Source: Psammoneis japonica (lineage: Eukaryota). Taken from it: a stretch of 64,000 nucleotides of DNA. Where the stretch lies: assembly GCA_008632985.1 (NCBI GenBank), contig QPGO01000052.1:1-64000 (forward strand), read 5' to 3'. The notes under the pieces were generated by a model. The model worked only from the letters and a program-made list of their open reading frames with translations, did not search any database and was not told where the DNA came from. Positions 1 to 12,300 of the stretch are shown here, in pieces (positions within the stretch are counted from its first letter, which is position 1; every line of letters starts with the position of its first letter). The translations under genes and the position numbers were made by a program.

Positions 1-1574
1 GGGGGGGGGGGGGGTGAGGACCCTCTCCGCAGTGGTGCAATACGGCAAGGAGTGACTACAGAGCAGTTGCAGCTTGCTCTCTGTGTTCAGTGTACGGCAT
101 TCTATTACTTGCTCTCAACATTTTGTTTATTCTCCTCCAATATCGTCATCGTCGTTGGCTTGGAGACATGCGGCTTCGACGAGGTTCGAGCTGTACGGCC
201 ATTCTTCAACATTGGGACATGGCTGTTCCTTTTCTGTTACCACTAAAGCCAACGGACTCTGGATGGTTTATCCCGACGCCAACATAATCGACAGCGTTAC
301 AGTGGGGAAGTGTTTTTTTGTTTCGCGGTTTGAACTTGCTCCTGTCACTTCATTTCAATCTGCTGTCTGGCTGCCATGCTGTGTGCCCACCACAAGCCGT
401 CGCGTAATTGAATTGCATTTGTGCACGATGCTGGTCCCGTCCAGTGCGATGCNNNNNNNNNNNNNNNNNNNNNNNNNNNNNNNNNNNNNNNNNNNNNNNN
501 NNNNNNNNNNNNNNNNNNNNNNNNNNNNNNNNNNNNNNNNNNNNCACATCCCGCGTAGACCCACTTCTCGCCACAGGGAGTGGCTTCATCAAGGTGGATG
601 ATCCATGTGTGTTTCATGGAATTCCACAAAGAAACTCTCTTTGCTTTCCCATCCTCACACTGCACAAGTGCCAGACCTCTCTCTCCCATCTCACAGAGAT
701 CCTTGATTTTCAATTTTCTCCACACTCAAGTGATTGCTTGCTGGAGTGGACTTACCTTCATGGACCAATGCCTTGGTGAAGCCCATCAGCGTGGCACAAA
801 AGCCAGGAGCATTCTTTAGCCGGGAGCACAAGGCTCGCCTGGCAGGAGCTCCAGCTGGTTGAGCCCCTCTAGCACCACAGAGCAGTCAACTTTGACAAAA
901 GCAGGCTTTTTGGCATTGTTGTTTGACAATTTGCTGGTGGAATGCATCTGGCCCATGATTGCAGATTCTGTGATGAACAAGGAGGCAGGGGACAAACAAA
1001 AAGGTGAGCGTGCACAAGCCCCGCCAACAACAATGATGCAAGCAGCAAGCAAGAATGCAGTGAAAAATGTGGGTTGCACAGATGTGAAAAGCAAGCCTTT
1101 GGAATGGATGCAAAATGTGGACAAAGTCAGTCTTCCAAGTTGTTGTGTCGACGAAGAAACGCCGACACAACAAATGTCATTGCACACAAGAAGCACTGCC
1201 AACAATCATGACATTGTGAGCAGCAGGACGAGAACAGAATGAAACATGCACAGGATGGATGCTGAAACATGTGCCTTTGGTGCACACATGTGGATCAAGT
1301 CAATCCGGCACCGCAGGTCTGCGTGGTGAAACGCTGCATCATGACACGAGCCACATGTCCAGAGTGCAATGAAACATGTGTGGGACAGATGTGAAAGCAG
1401 CCCAACACTCTTTTCGTTGTGCCAACAACACGCCAATGTGACAAAGAACATTGCGTGTTTGCCCACCTCTGTCGAAGACAATCAAACGCATTCGTCAAGA
1501 GCACACTGGCACAACAATGGCGGCAACGGCATTTGCTGGTCCTGTGCTGGCATCGCATCCTGGAGTTGGTTCCT

Positions 1575-2011
1575 CCTCTCTTGGGTGGAACTCTCTACAT
1601 CGAAGTCTGAAGCCGAAAGATTTTGGATTGCCGCGCTCGCTGCTGTCAGAAAATGGAGGCGTGACGATTGCTTGCACCAATCATTTGGCTGCATTTTTTT
1701 GCCTGTTGAGTGAGTTTTGCGCCGGGCGTCCAAATTAATTAAAACATGCAATGGTTGTTTTTTTGAAACAGGTGAAGAAAGGAAGCGTTGAAGTGACCAT
1801 TGGCTCCTCCTCTCTCAGGTGGAACTCTCTGCGGCACATCAAAGTCTGGAACCGAAAGATTTTGGATTGCCGCACTCGCTGCTGTCAGAAAATAGAGGCG
1901 TGACGATTGCTTGCACCAATCGTTTTGCTGCATTTTTTCACCTGTTAAGTGAGGTTTGTGCCGGGCGTCCAAATGAATTGTGACATGCAATGGTTGTTTT
2001 TTCGAAACAGG
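1575..2011 (+). repeat. Diverged direct duplication of ~200 bp (copies ~1575-1772 and ~1808-2011)
   Basis: Shared ggtggaactctct...ccgaaagattttggattgccgc...gacgattgcttgcaccaatc...ccgggcgtccaaat...acatgcaatggttgtttttt. Confidence 0.92.
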
Positions 2012-2167
2012 ATGCTGCTGCAGTTCACTTCTGCCCAACCCACGCGACCTGACTAACATGCGTTGGGGCCAGAGCAGTGCGTGGTGCTGGTTGTTTTGCT
2101 TCTGACCATTCTGGTGAGGTTTCACAAGTTGTTCATCTGTGCATGTTGATGTTGTCCAATTCGAGGT

Positions 2168-2403
2168 GCGGTGGCTCAAGTGAAAGTGCAAGTGTGTGAA
2201 ATTTGCGTGTTGATGCGGTTGTCTTTGCCAAACAGTCAGTTGCAACTTGCGCCCACTCCATTTTTTCTGTCCACACTCGTTCCGCGGTGGCTCAAGTGAA
2301 AGTCTGAGTGCATGAAATTTGCGTGTTGATGCTGTTGTCTTTGCCAAACAGCCAGTTGCAACTTGCACCCATTCCACTGTTTCTGTCCATGCTTGTTCCG
2401 TGG
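2168..2403 (+). repeat. Tandem duplication, unit ~116 bp, 2 copies
   Basis: gcggtggctcaagtgaaagt...gaaatttgcgtgttgatgc...gtctttgccaaacag...cagttgcaacttgc occurs at ~2168 and ~2284. Confidence 0.92.
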
Positions 2404-5400
2404 GATCCTTGCTTGCTCCTCATCCTGCTCCGTTGCCCCCGCTTCTTCCAGCTCCTCCTCGGTGAAAAATCTCCCACCAGTCTGTGGTGGTGCTGCCGCC
2501 CACGCTGCCTCTTTAGCTCCTCCATGGTTGAATCATCCCTGGGCACGACCGTTGCTTCCACACGACAACCGTCCACTCTCGTGTTGTCTGGCACAAGTGC
2601 AGACAAGACATCACAATTTCCTGAAGCAAGCTCGAACGCCGCTCTTGCTTCTTCCACCGTAATCTTCTCCCCGTCTTCTTTGTTCATTGCTGACTGAAAC
2701 AGTTCCACATCTGTCTGCACCCTTTTCTTGTCCTCTCCAGTTTTCTTTGGCTCGTCTGCCTTCTTTGTTTGTTGTTGCAAATCCATTTTTTTCTCTGTTG
2801 CTCCGTTTTGTGTGACGTTTGCATTCACGCATTCAACGTGTTCCAGTCCCAGGTGATGCACAAAACGACAATTGGATTTTGAACATGGTTTGTGCATCTT
2901 TTAGTGTGTGCAGCATTTTAACATAAAATGCTCAGATGGATTGACTTTTGTGGGCTTCTAGAGTGTGAACATTTAAACAGTTTTTTGTGGGGTGTTCAAA
3001 TCGTCATGGCATGTGCATCATAAACTTCCTCAGCAGACTCAATGCTGATTGCATGTCAGCACATTTATGCTGAGATTTCTTTGCAGGTAGAAAACCTGCC
3101 AAGCAGCATCGTAGAAAGATGCACCCAGGCAACATCCAAATGACGGCAACATTTTCGCCGAAAATCATCCGTTGTGTTGCGAATCTTTTAAGGATGGATC
3201 TACGTGCTGCGGTCTGTTTTTTGGGAGCTCGCACTTTTTATAAAAACAACCCGGATTCGTGGCACTAAATGCACGCGTTCGCCAAAAAAACATTTCAGCA
3301 ATGGGTTGAACTTTGTCCGCTTCAAAGACACTGTAGAATGCACAAACAATGGTTTTGACCACGCGTGACTTTTACCTTGTGGACCACAGATGTGTCAACA
3401 GCCAGTCAAATGCCACTTGTCGGCAATTCCCGGAAAGTTGTGGCTCATTTCCCACAAGAAGGCCAACTCCAGCAAAAATTGGCAGTTTTTCCGACCTGAC
3501 AACTGGGCAGAGGCCGACAAGTGGCATTTGAAGCACCAAATGTGCAGCTCTCACAGCCGTCTAACAGCCCCCAAGAGGGTTTGACGAATGCACAAGTGTT
3601 CGGGGGCGTTCCGAGGCAGGTCAAAACAACACGGTGAAGTGCGGGAAATTCGAGCCATTTTAAATTAGACCACTGCACGTAGATCCATCCTCAACACAAT
3701 GAAAAACATAGATGGCACAATGACAATGGCATTGCAACACTCACACGAGTCTTGTTGGTGTTGCAGAACATTTGCATTTGTGTGAATCTATGCTTTTGGT
3801 GGTGAAAGTTTGATCGTAAGTCAGGGACCACGCAAAAATTTTGTGCAAATGTCGTTTTTGTGCACAATTTGGTTCACGTGCGGCTGGAACACGTCATTCT
3901 CGGTTTGTTGGTTGAAATCCATTCGACGTTGTGTGACGCATGTGCAGATTTCTGCGCAATGTGCTGGTCCAATCGAAATTTTTGATTTTACGAAATTGTC
4001 GCACTTTTACGGTTGGTTTTGCCAAATGGTTGTACAGTGGTTGGGCACCCCAATCTTGTGTTTGCGCACTACATTGACACTTCTGCGCATTGTTGCTGAG
4101 AGAAATGCGTGGCGCTTCTCTCCTTCATGAGTCTCATCAAGGCTTCGTAGCCTTCTGGGACCTTGCATTTTCGCAGGTCCTTGTCAAACTGGACACCCTG
4201 GGGCTCACGTAGATTCCAACCGCGCTGCCTTTCTGGCACTGGCGTGCAGCAAAAAAACCAATGCCTGCGCCCCTGCATTGCAAAACGCAGAGCTCGCCCA
4301 CCTCCACCTCCTTGGGGCCTGTGAAGTGAGCGGACTTTTTGAGGCAAAAACAACGCAGGTTGAAGTGACACGGCGCCTCATCCAAAAATGCACACTTCTT
4401 TGCTTGCTCTCTTCACGAGGTAGACCAGTGCAAGCGACCACCCCGCTTCGAAAGCCTCAACGGCGGTCTTGAACATTTTGTTGCTCTTCGGTGTCGAGTC
4501 TGGGATGCCCCTCTCGCCGACTTCCATGCGATGCCTCCACACCCACTTGCAGTGTTCGCCGCGGGCATTGGCAATGGCTTCAGGGTCGCTCCTAATGCAC
4601 CCCAGTTCTCCCAGCACGGGGAGCCAGAGGTCGGGATGATTCGATGCATCCCTCATCTTGCACATGGCCTCCTGGAAATTTTCGGATTTTTTGTGCCGCC
4701 ACAACCAGTCCCACAAGTCGAGTGACGGATCGCTGGGGTCCGGAAATTGCTTTTCTTCCTCTTTCTCTTCCTCCGTTGCTTTTGCGGCCACTTTGCCATG
4801 GGCTTGGCTGCCTCCTCACTTTTGCCGCCCCAAAGAGCCAGGGCCTCCGGTTTCAGGATGGCGGCCTGTCCACCCAACACGTCGATCTTGCAACCAGCCA
4901 AAATGAGCTGCTCGGCAGTGTGACCCAGCTGCTCTGCTTCTTTCAAACCACAAATTTAAAAGGTTGGCTCCGGCGGCACAGCTTTCTCCCCATTTTCACT
5001 TTGGGACTGCGCCGGCTTCTCCGACATCCTTGCACGTTCGGACTCGACGGACACACCCTCCGCACTTCCCGTGGTGCTGAGTGCAGTCATGGCAACTGCC
5101 GCCGCAGTCATGCCTCCAGCGCCCATGAGTTCTCCCGTGACTTCTGGAGCTGCTTTGCCAGACGGAACGATGTTCTCCTCCGCCATTCTGACGCCGTGAT
5201 GATGGAGGTGTGCTGACTGCTGTGTGCTGTGTTCCAGGCGTTGGCGATCCACATCCTTTGCGTGCATGAACATGTGACACTTCGCACCGCACCGAATTCA
5301 ACGTGCCTGACGCACCCTGCCTGCCACTCCCGAGTCCCTCAATGGCCTGCCTCCACCACTTGCAATTGTCGCCGGGACGTGGCGCATCTGCACCTCCAAC

Positions 5401-5688
5401 GTCCGTCTGCACTGCGTGCTGCGGTGCTACAGCGCCCCGCATCAAAACTTCATTAATGTTTATTTTTTGCTTTCTTTTCCTTTTCTCTTCTTCTTCTGGC
5501 TGAGAGGAACTGCTGGATAGCCTGGGTATAGAAATCTTGAATCCATTTCGATTTTTTCACTTTTCCCCTTAATTTACCTTTTTCGATCCATTTTCATACC
5601 ATATAGTTTTACGTGATACCTTCTTCGTTTTCGTCTACTGAACTTACGGTATGAGTAGCATGCCGCCGCCGATGGCAGATAACTAAAC

Positions 5689-6682
5689 ATGCCGCTCGGG
5701 TTGCAATTGTTGCTTAGGTCAGCCTTATTGCTGCAGCATTTCGGAACCATCGGATTAGCGTTCGTTTTGCCATTTCGTGGGTCTCGTACTTTTCTCATGA
5801 TGTCGTCTGGAGGAGTCAACAGTGCGGCTGTGTTGGAAGTCGAACAAAAGTTTGCGCTTACAGATGGAGCCAACGTTACGGCCGTGGAAGAGAAGCTCGT
5901 GGAGTTAGGTATGGAATGTAAGGGCAACTCTCTGATGGTAGACTGGTACTTTGATCTGCCACCGCCAGACTACTTTCTTACTCCGAGGGATTACTGGCTC
6001 CGTTATCGAGAGGTCCAAGGAATTGGGGGTGCATGGGAGCTCAAGCGCGGTCGTCGCCACAAAGGAGGAGCGACTGTATATGAAGAATTGGAGGGAGTCG
6101 ATGCAATACGACTATGTTTTGATCTAATTCCAGCGAAAAATAATGATGAATTAAGGAATGCTGAGTGTGCGAATGAGGTATATGAAGGCTTTGATGTTCC
6201 GAGAATGCCGGATGAATTTGAGAAGATATGTGGACTTCTTGTGCCGTTCGCCCGCATCGAAACCCGTCGAACCAGCTGGTGTATGTCGCATGAGCAAGAG
6301 AATTCTTCCTCCTCTCTTGACGGATTAACAGTCGATTTAGATTCCACGCAGTTTGGATACATGGTAGGTACTTTTTCGATTTCTCCATTTTGTATGACAG
6401 CGTTTCTCATCTTTAGTCTTCTGTTGATTTCAGGTCGGCGAGGTCGAAGCGCTGGCAAGAGACGAGCAAGACATTGATAATGCCATGAGTCGAGTCGAAA
6501 ATCTTATTAAAATGCTGACACCACAGCGACGTTCGGGATCGGGCGCAGCTGTCGGAAAATTGGAGTATTATTTGATGACGAATCAGCGTGATCACTACGA
6601 TGCATGCGTCAAAGCAGGGAGCATTGTTCAGGAACGCGGAAGCAGCAGTGACTCCCGTGAAAAAGAGATTTCAACAGAGTAG
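5689..6682 (+). CDS. CYTH-domain protein (thiamine-triphosphatase-like), 2 exons, intron 6364-6433
   Basis: LEVEQKF (ExExK), DWYFD, WLRYRE, WELK, YEEL and VDLD motifs. Splicing ATG|GTAGGT...TTTCAG|GTC gives GYMVGEVE and joins ORF 6485-6682. Hydrophobic N-terminus ending GLA-F resembles a diatom plastid bipartite presequence. Confidence 0.85.
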
Positions 6683-6722
6683 TTTTGGTTTCTTCGATTT
6701 ATAGACAATGGTCTCCTTGAAG

Positions 6723-8162
6723 CTATAAGTCTGCAAAGAAGCTTTCATTATCACTTTTGAACTTTTTCGCCCTTTTGTCATTCTTCGTTGGCGGTTCTAC
6801 ATCGCTTTCAACCGATTGTTCTGAATCATCCATATCCTCCCAGTCATCAGAACTATCATTCTTATCAGTAGCTTCAACAGTCGCACGCTTGCCTGCCACA
6901 GGTCTGGACATTGGCACTGTATCTTCTTGCCGCTTCGTCTCCTCCTGCTCGTCGTCGTTCTCACTATCGTCGTGAAGCACACTAGCATCCCACAACCTAA
7001 CCATGTTGTCGTGGCTAGTGCTACCGATATAGTTCTTACACGCGTTGAATTTTAGTTTTTCAATGGGAAAGCCGTCATGATCACCCAGCACACCCAGTAG
7101 CTTGTCTGGGTGAATTTGGACGAGGCGTAATAATCCGTCGGAGCACCCTGTCAACACTGTGTCTTCGTCCACTTTGAGAATTGCGTCGATAGAAGCAGGG
7201 TGGCCTGGAAAACGATCTGAAACGTCCCCCAAGTACCCCATGACCACACGGCCAAGACACCCTCTTGCGTTCCACAGACGACCTTCTTGCCGTTCTTGAG
7301 CACTACAATCGACAGCAGCTCATCCTCTTGATCATCAGACCGCCGCACGGCCTCTTGTCGCTCTTGTGGCTTTGTCGGAAACAGCGCCTTGCGCAAATCA
7401 AACACTCCCAAAGTGCAATCCGCGGAACTTGTCAAGAGCGTGTTGCCATTGTTGTTCACGTCATGTGCAAAGCCCGAAATGTAATCCGTGTGATTCTTAT
7501 CCCAAGAGATTACACATCCCGTAGGTAGGTCGAGTTTGCTTTTGAACTTGGTCTCGCTACCCCCGCTGCAGAGACGTACGTCCCACAGCCTTACGCCACC
7601 TTCCTCATCACCTGTAACAAGCAAGGGCCCCGCACAAGATGCTGGATCTAATTGATGCATGGATTGAATCCCCCGCTGCTTCTTTCCACTGACACGCCAG
7701 AGGGGTTCTTGAGAACGGCTATGGAATGTGCATGAGCGTTCAATGTCTAATGCTACAATGTCTCCATCACTTCCTCCCGTATATATGTTATTAACGCCAA
7801 ACAGAACTGCCCGGCAAGATGCTACGTGGGGTTGACCTCCCTCCTGCTTCGGCGGCAACAATTGTGTATGAACAGGTGTCGACGAAATGATCGTATCATT
7901 TTCAGAATCTTCCCCATCGCCATCGCTTTTCCCGGAAAAGTCATGAACTACAAGAAGAAGAGCCAGAAAATGAGCAAGAGGAAGAGAACGCGAGCAGACC
8001 GATTGGTCGTCACACCAGGTAAACAATAACCCGCAACATACCTTCAAGGGTTCCGTCAACAAGGCTTGCAGCCACCAAATTTTCTCGAATGGGATGAAAT
8101 GCTAGATCCAAGGGCTGCGCCGAGCACTCAATCGGGTCGAGGTTCAACTGCTGCACTGCCAT
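6723..8162 (-). CDS. WDR55: WD40-repeat protein WDR55/JIP5-like; intron 7948-8041; apparent 1-nt deletion at ~7228
   Basis: ATG at 8162 gives MAVQQLNLDPIECSAQPLDLAFHP. Motifs TGDEEGGVRLWD, HTDYIS, SDDQEDELLS, KKVVCGTQEGVL, DRFPGHP.SID and an acidic tail ending FFADL. The two ORFs join if the G5 run were G6. Confidence 0.88.
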
Positions 8163-8164
8163 TT

Positions 8165-9330
8165 TTATAATGATTAGGGTGTATGGTGTCTATGGTGTTG
8201 GAGGGGATTGGTCTGGAGAAACAGGTGGTGGGAGAGGTCGCGCGGAGTGCGCTCGGAGATGGAGAAAAATAGGGTTGGCGCCGAGAGAGTGCGGACACTG
8301 GCAGCTAAAGAGTTGTCAAGGCAGTTGTCGATGTAGAGAAGAAAGTTGTCAAAGTGAAGAAGGGATGTGGGAACTCGGTAGACGAAGGAGGGGGGAGGTT
8401 CACCATAGGCTGTCGCGTCGTAGAAGCGCTCGCGAAGGAGGAGGGCAAGGTCTGGTGATGGTGTGAAAATGCGGGGGTCCACGGCGCAGGCGAGCGCAAG
8501 GAAAGGATGAAAGGACAGATTGGAGATAATGCCAAGTTGGTGGAGGAAACGGCGGACTCGAGGAGGGCAACGAAAGGATGGAAGCTTGGGGATTGAGTGG
8601 GGAGGAGCCGAAGGATCGAAGAGAAAATGGGCAAAACAGGGTGGCAGAGGAAGGGCAGCAAACGGAGGAAGATGGGGAGCAGGTGGAGGACTTGGGTGGA
8701 AGGTGATCGGTGGGAGAATGGTGTCATACCAAGTTGGGTCTGGCAAGTCCAAGTTGGAGTAAGACCGATGTAGGGGAGGATGAGAGACGAGATTTGGGAG
8801 GTCTTGTTGACACCAACTTTGGGAGTCAAAGGTTGTTGGAGTGTTGGAGCATGCGGCAGCATTGTCGTTCGTGGGACAAACCGAAGAAAGAGAAAGAAGG
8901 ACATCATTCAGGTGGTGGTCCAGTTATGATCGTTGGATTGAGGATCGATGTCAGAAGGGTTGAACTCACAGGAGTCATCAGAAGGGTTGCATTCGAAGGA
9001 GCAATCAGAAGGGTCATCAAATGAATCCGGGTCGAGGAACAACTCGTCCATTCCGAAGCAACAAACAGCAGAGAGAACTGGTCAAAGAGTGTGTTTTGGG
9101 AGAACTGCTGGCTTTTAATCCAGCAGAGCAACAAAGTCAGCAACCGGTGCAATTGCTGACAGCGTTGGCATGGTTGAGGCGGAGACGGGACGGAGAAATT
9201 CGGGAGGCGGGGGCATTGGAGGTGTCAGGAAGGGGTGGTGTGGGGCTGTGTCGACAACGGGGCGGAGAAATTTGGGAAGCGGGGCTGTTGGAGGTGACAG
9301 GAAGGGGTGATGTGGGGCCCCTTTGCCTTC
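8165..9330 (-). mobile_element. Pyrimidine-rich (minus strand) retroelement-like fragment abutting the WDR55 start codon
   Basis: Strong strand asymmetry, Pro-rich ORF 8174-8752, short internal repeats (cagaagggt x3 at ~8950-9015; cggagaaatt..gg..gcgggg x2 at ~9190/9263). TpA is lost with distance from the gene. No diagnostic domain seen. Confidence 0.4.
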
Positions 9331-12300
9331 ACTTTCTCACCTTTGTCTGTTGATGATGCCATCGTGCCATCGAGCAACGTACGGTGCGGAGTGACGCATT
9401 CAACAAACCTGGAACAAAGATTTTATGTGCAGCCACAATTGCTTTCCACGTGTTGCACAATTGCTGTTCTTTCAGCTCACAGCCAGTGCAACAGTCATTG
9501 GTGCTGCATTTCATTGGAGCAGGTGCGATGTTGTTGCATCCATCCAGGCATGCGGTGCATGAGAGGGATCCGCCAAAAGTCAGAGTGCAAGTGCGAAGCA
9601 AAACACAGAACACACAGGCTTGTTGGACGGCTTTGTTGATTCAACTGCAAGCAACCTGATGGCACCGCTGCACCGCTCTGCACACCAGGACCAGCAATGC
9701 TGCAGAGACAATGTGGTTCTGTCCCATCCCACTCTGATGCTGAAGACCCTGCATTTTTGAATCTTCTCATGCAGTTGGCCTGTCATTGACAGCTTGCTCT
9801 CGACTGACATGGCTTTGAAAATGGGTCACCCTGAAACAGCAACAACAAAGTCGACAGTGCATGGACTTGTGATGGACACCAGTTGGGAAAAAACCTGCCA
9901 CACAAATGTCGCGTTCATCTCTAACAAGAAAGTGTGAGCAGCTTGACAACTGTGGCCATCATCCAACTGAGCAGGTGTCAGGTGCCAGCAGCAGAGCGCG
10001 GGACTTCAGATTGACCCTGGCAATGACTGGTCGAGTGACAGAGAGAAGTTCAAACTGCAATCTTTCCAAAAATGAGCACCTGATGATTGGCCTCCTCCAC
10101 AGCTTCATCTGCGTTATCTTCTTCATCTTTGTCTCCTTGAGGAGCACTCCACCACGTCGTCAATCCAAGTCTGTCCTCACAGATGGAGCTGATGGTGTGC
10201 ATGCTTGCTGGCGTGGTCTGGAAAGCTCTCTGAAGAATCCCTTTGCTCATTTTCATCTCCACTGGTGAGAGACTTTCTGTCCACAGATGTGAACAAAGAT
10301 GACTGGGCTGTTGTCATTGTGGTGGCTTGTGTGCCCTTGGTGGTGTCAGTCACATGAGCAAGAAAATTGATGGACTTGACTTTGAACCACATCTGTGCAC
10401 CAACATCCATTTCAAATCAATTTTCTTCAGCCATTTCTCTGACATCTTCTTCATCATTGTCATGCTGAGGAGTCCACACCCATGGGCCTGATTCCTTTTC
10501 ACATTGAGACTGGGACGAAGCATCCAACAAGCTGGGATGAAGACATTGTCAAAGAACCCCACCAAACTGACACAGATGCCATCTTGTGTGACCTCCTCAA
10601 CAAAAGGCTGAAACACCACCAGTCCAACAATGACTTCATGATGTGCCCCTCTCCATCCCCAGCCACACAGACACCATCTCCAATTTCCAAGGCATCCCCA
10701 TGCCAACAAATCACCAAACCTGCGTCCACAATCACGCGGTTGGGGTGCTTTTTGTCCATCTTGCCATGAACTGAATTCAAAGTGGGCTGTGCCAGCAGTG
10801 ATGGAGGAATCCTTGCCATGTCAGGGACCATTGTTGACACAAACATTCTTGTGAAAAACAAAAATCCTTCTTGTGCTGTTGATCATCTGAAACTTTTCTA
10901 ACCTTGTAAATCACTGCTAAAAAAACCAATTTAAAGTGCTGTCACACCTTTGCCCAGCAACACCGGCGCCAGCTGACCCACACCTCTGGTGCACCCCACT
11001 GGGGGTGCAGCAGAAGTTGATGCAATTGGCCTGTGAATCGTCGGTGTCTCCTTGAGGAGATGCCCAACAGAAGCAACTGGTGGTGGTGCAAGTGCCGTGA
11101 AGCACCAGCTTTTGGCTTCTTTGAGACTTTCTTTAAGTCCATGTCAGACCATTGAGAGATCCAATTTTGCACGTGCATTGTTGTAAAATTTTGATCTTCC
11201 ATTGAGTCAAGCAGGACACCCAAATCTTTGGCCAGGCACTCTTGGCATTTGTTGTGTGCAGCTGTCAATTCAGCCTTGACCTTTTGTCTCTGAGACAACT
11301 TCCTCAAATCTTTGTTTTGTCCATGTGCATGATGGTTGTGCTCTTCCCACAGACTCTGCCATTGTTTCCACATGAACGATCCCATTTGCACTGTCCAACT
11401 TGGTGGCTGTTTGTTCTCCTCTTGGCACTGATGAAGAATGCCTGAATCACACAAATGTCCAGACTAGATCACATTCCAAAGAGTGGAGTGCCATCCACTG
11501 AACACTTGTTGCCATCCCACATCTGATTGATTGCACCACAGGGCTCTGAAGTGGTGGTCTAAATCCTCTGGGCACCTCATCTCACCATTGAACCATGCTT
11601 GAATTGAATCCAGCAAAAAATGCAAAGTGCAGGCATCGTGTCAATCTGATCACAACAGCGCCGCAAACACCTTGCAGGAACTTTCTGCACCAGGGTTTGT
11701 TGTGCCAACATTGCAATGTGTGATCCCTGTCTTCCGTTGGATGCTCACAGAGAAGACAACTGTGAGGGTGGACGGAATTGCATCTGTTGACGATCTTGTT
11801 GATGGGGAGGAGATCGTGAACCAGCTTTGCTGTTCCAACATGTTGCTTGGAATGCCGTTTAATCAGCATGGTGTGAGCACCCCAATCTGTCTGATCAATC
11901 ACTTCAGGGTGCCACTTGTTGCACTCAAGAATGCACTCCAGGAGCTGCAAAGCAGTGGCAGCACACCAAACGTGCCATTTGTAACTTGATGTCAACACAC
12001 CATTCTGCAGACTCAAACAAGAGTGGCAATGAGGAAAGGGCAAGACCATTGAGACATCCTGATTGCAGTGACCTTGATGAGCGCCGGCCAGCCGGTCAGC
12101 TTGTACATTCACTCTTGCATTGAGAGGCAGTGTGTGGACTGGGGCATGTCCATCTTGGTGTCCTTTAACCCACTTTGCTTGTAGATGGGATGGGGGGGTG
12201 CTGAAGTTAGAGGATTTTTCCATGGCAATGCGGGAGTGCAATGTCTCATTAAGAACGTCCCAGTCAGAAGCGAGGGTGTTGGCTCCATGGTGCCACACAA

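Larger units (their letters stand above)
545..5460. mobile_element. Unclassified decayed repeat/transposon block, TpA-depleted
   Basis: Very little TA, excess TG/CA, broken Cys/His-rich ORFs (e.g. 4378-4791 -, 2292-2897 -) and internal duplications. No family motif recognised. Confidence 0.5.

Noticed and set aside
1..452. Poly-G start and short ORFs before the first gap
   Set aside because: Truncated by the window edge and N gap; no recognisable product.
1575..2403. CRISPR array
   Set aside because: Only two long diverged copies per repeat, no spacers or cas genes, eukaryotic context.
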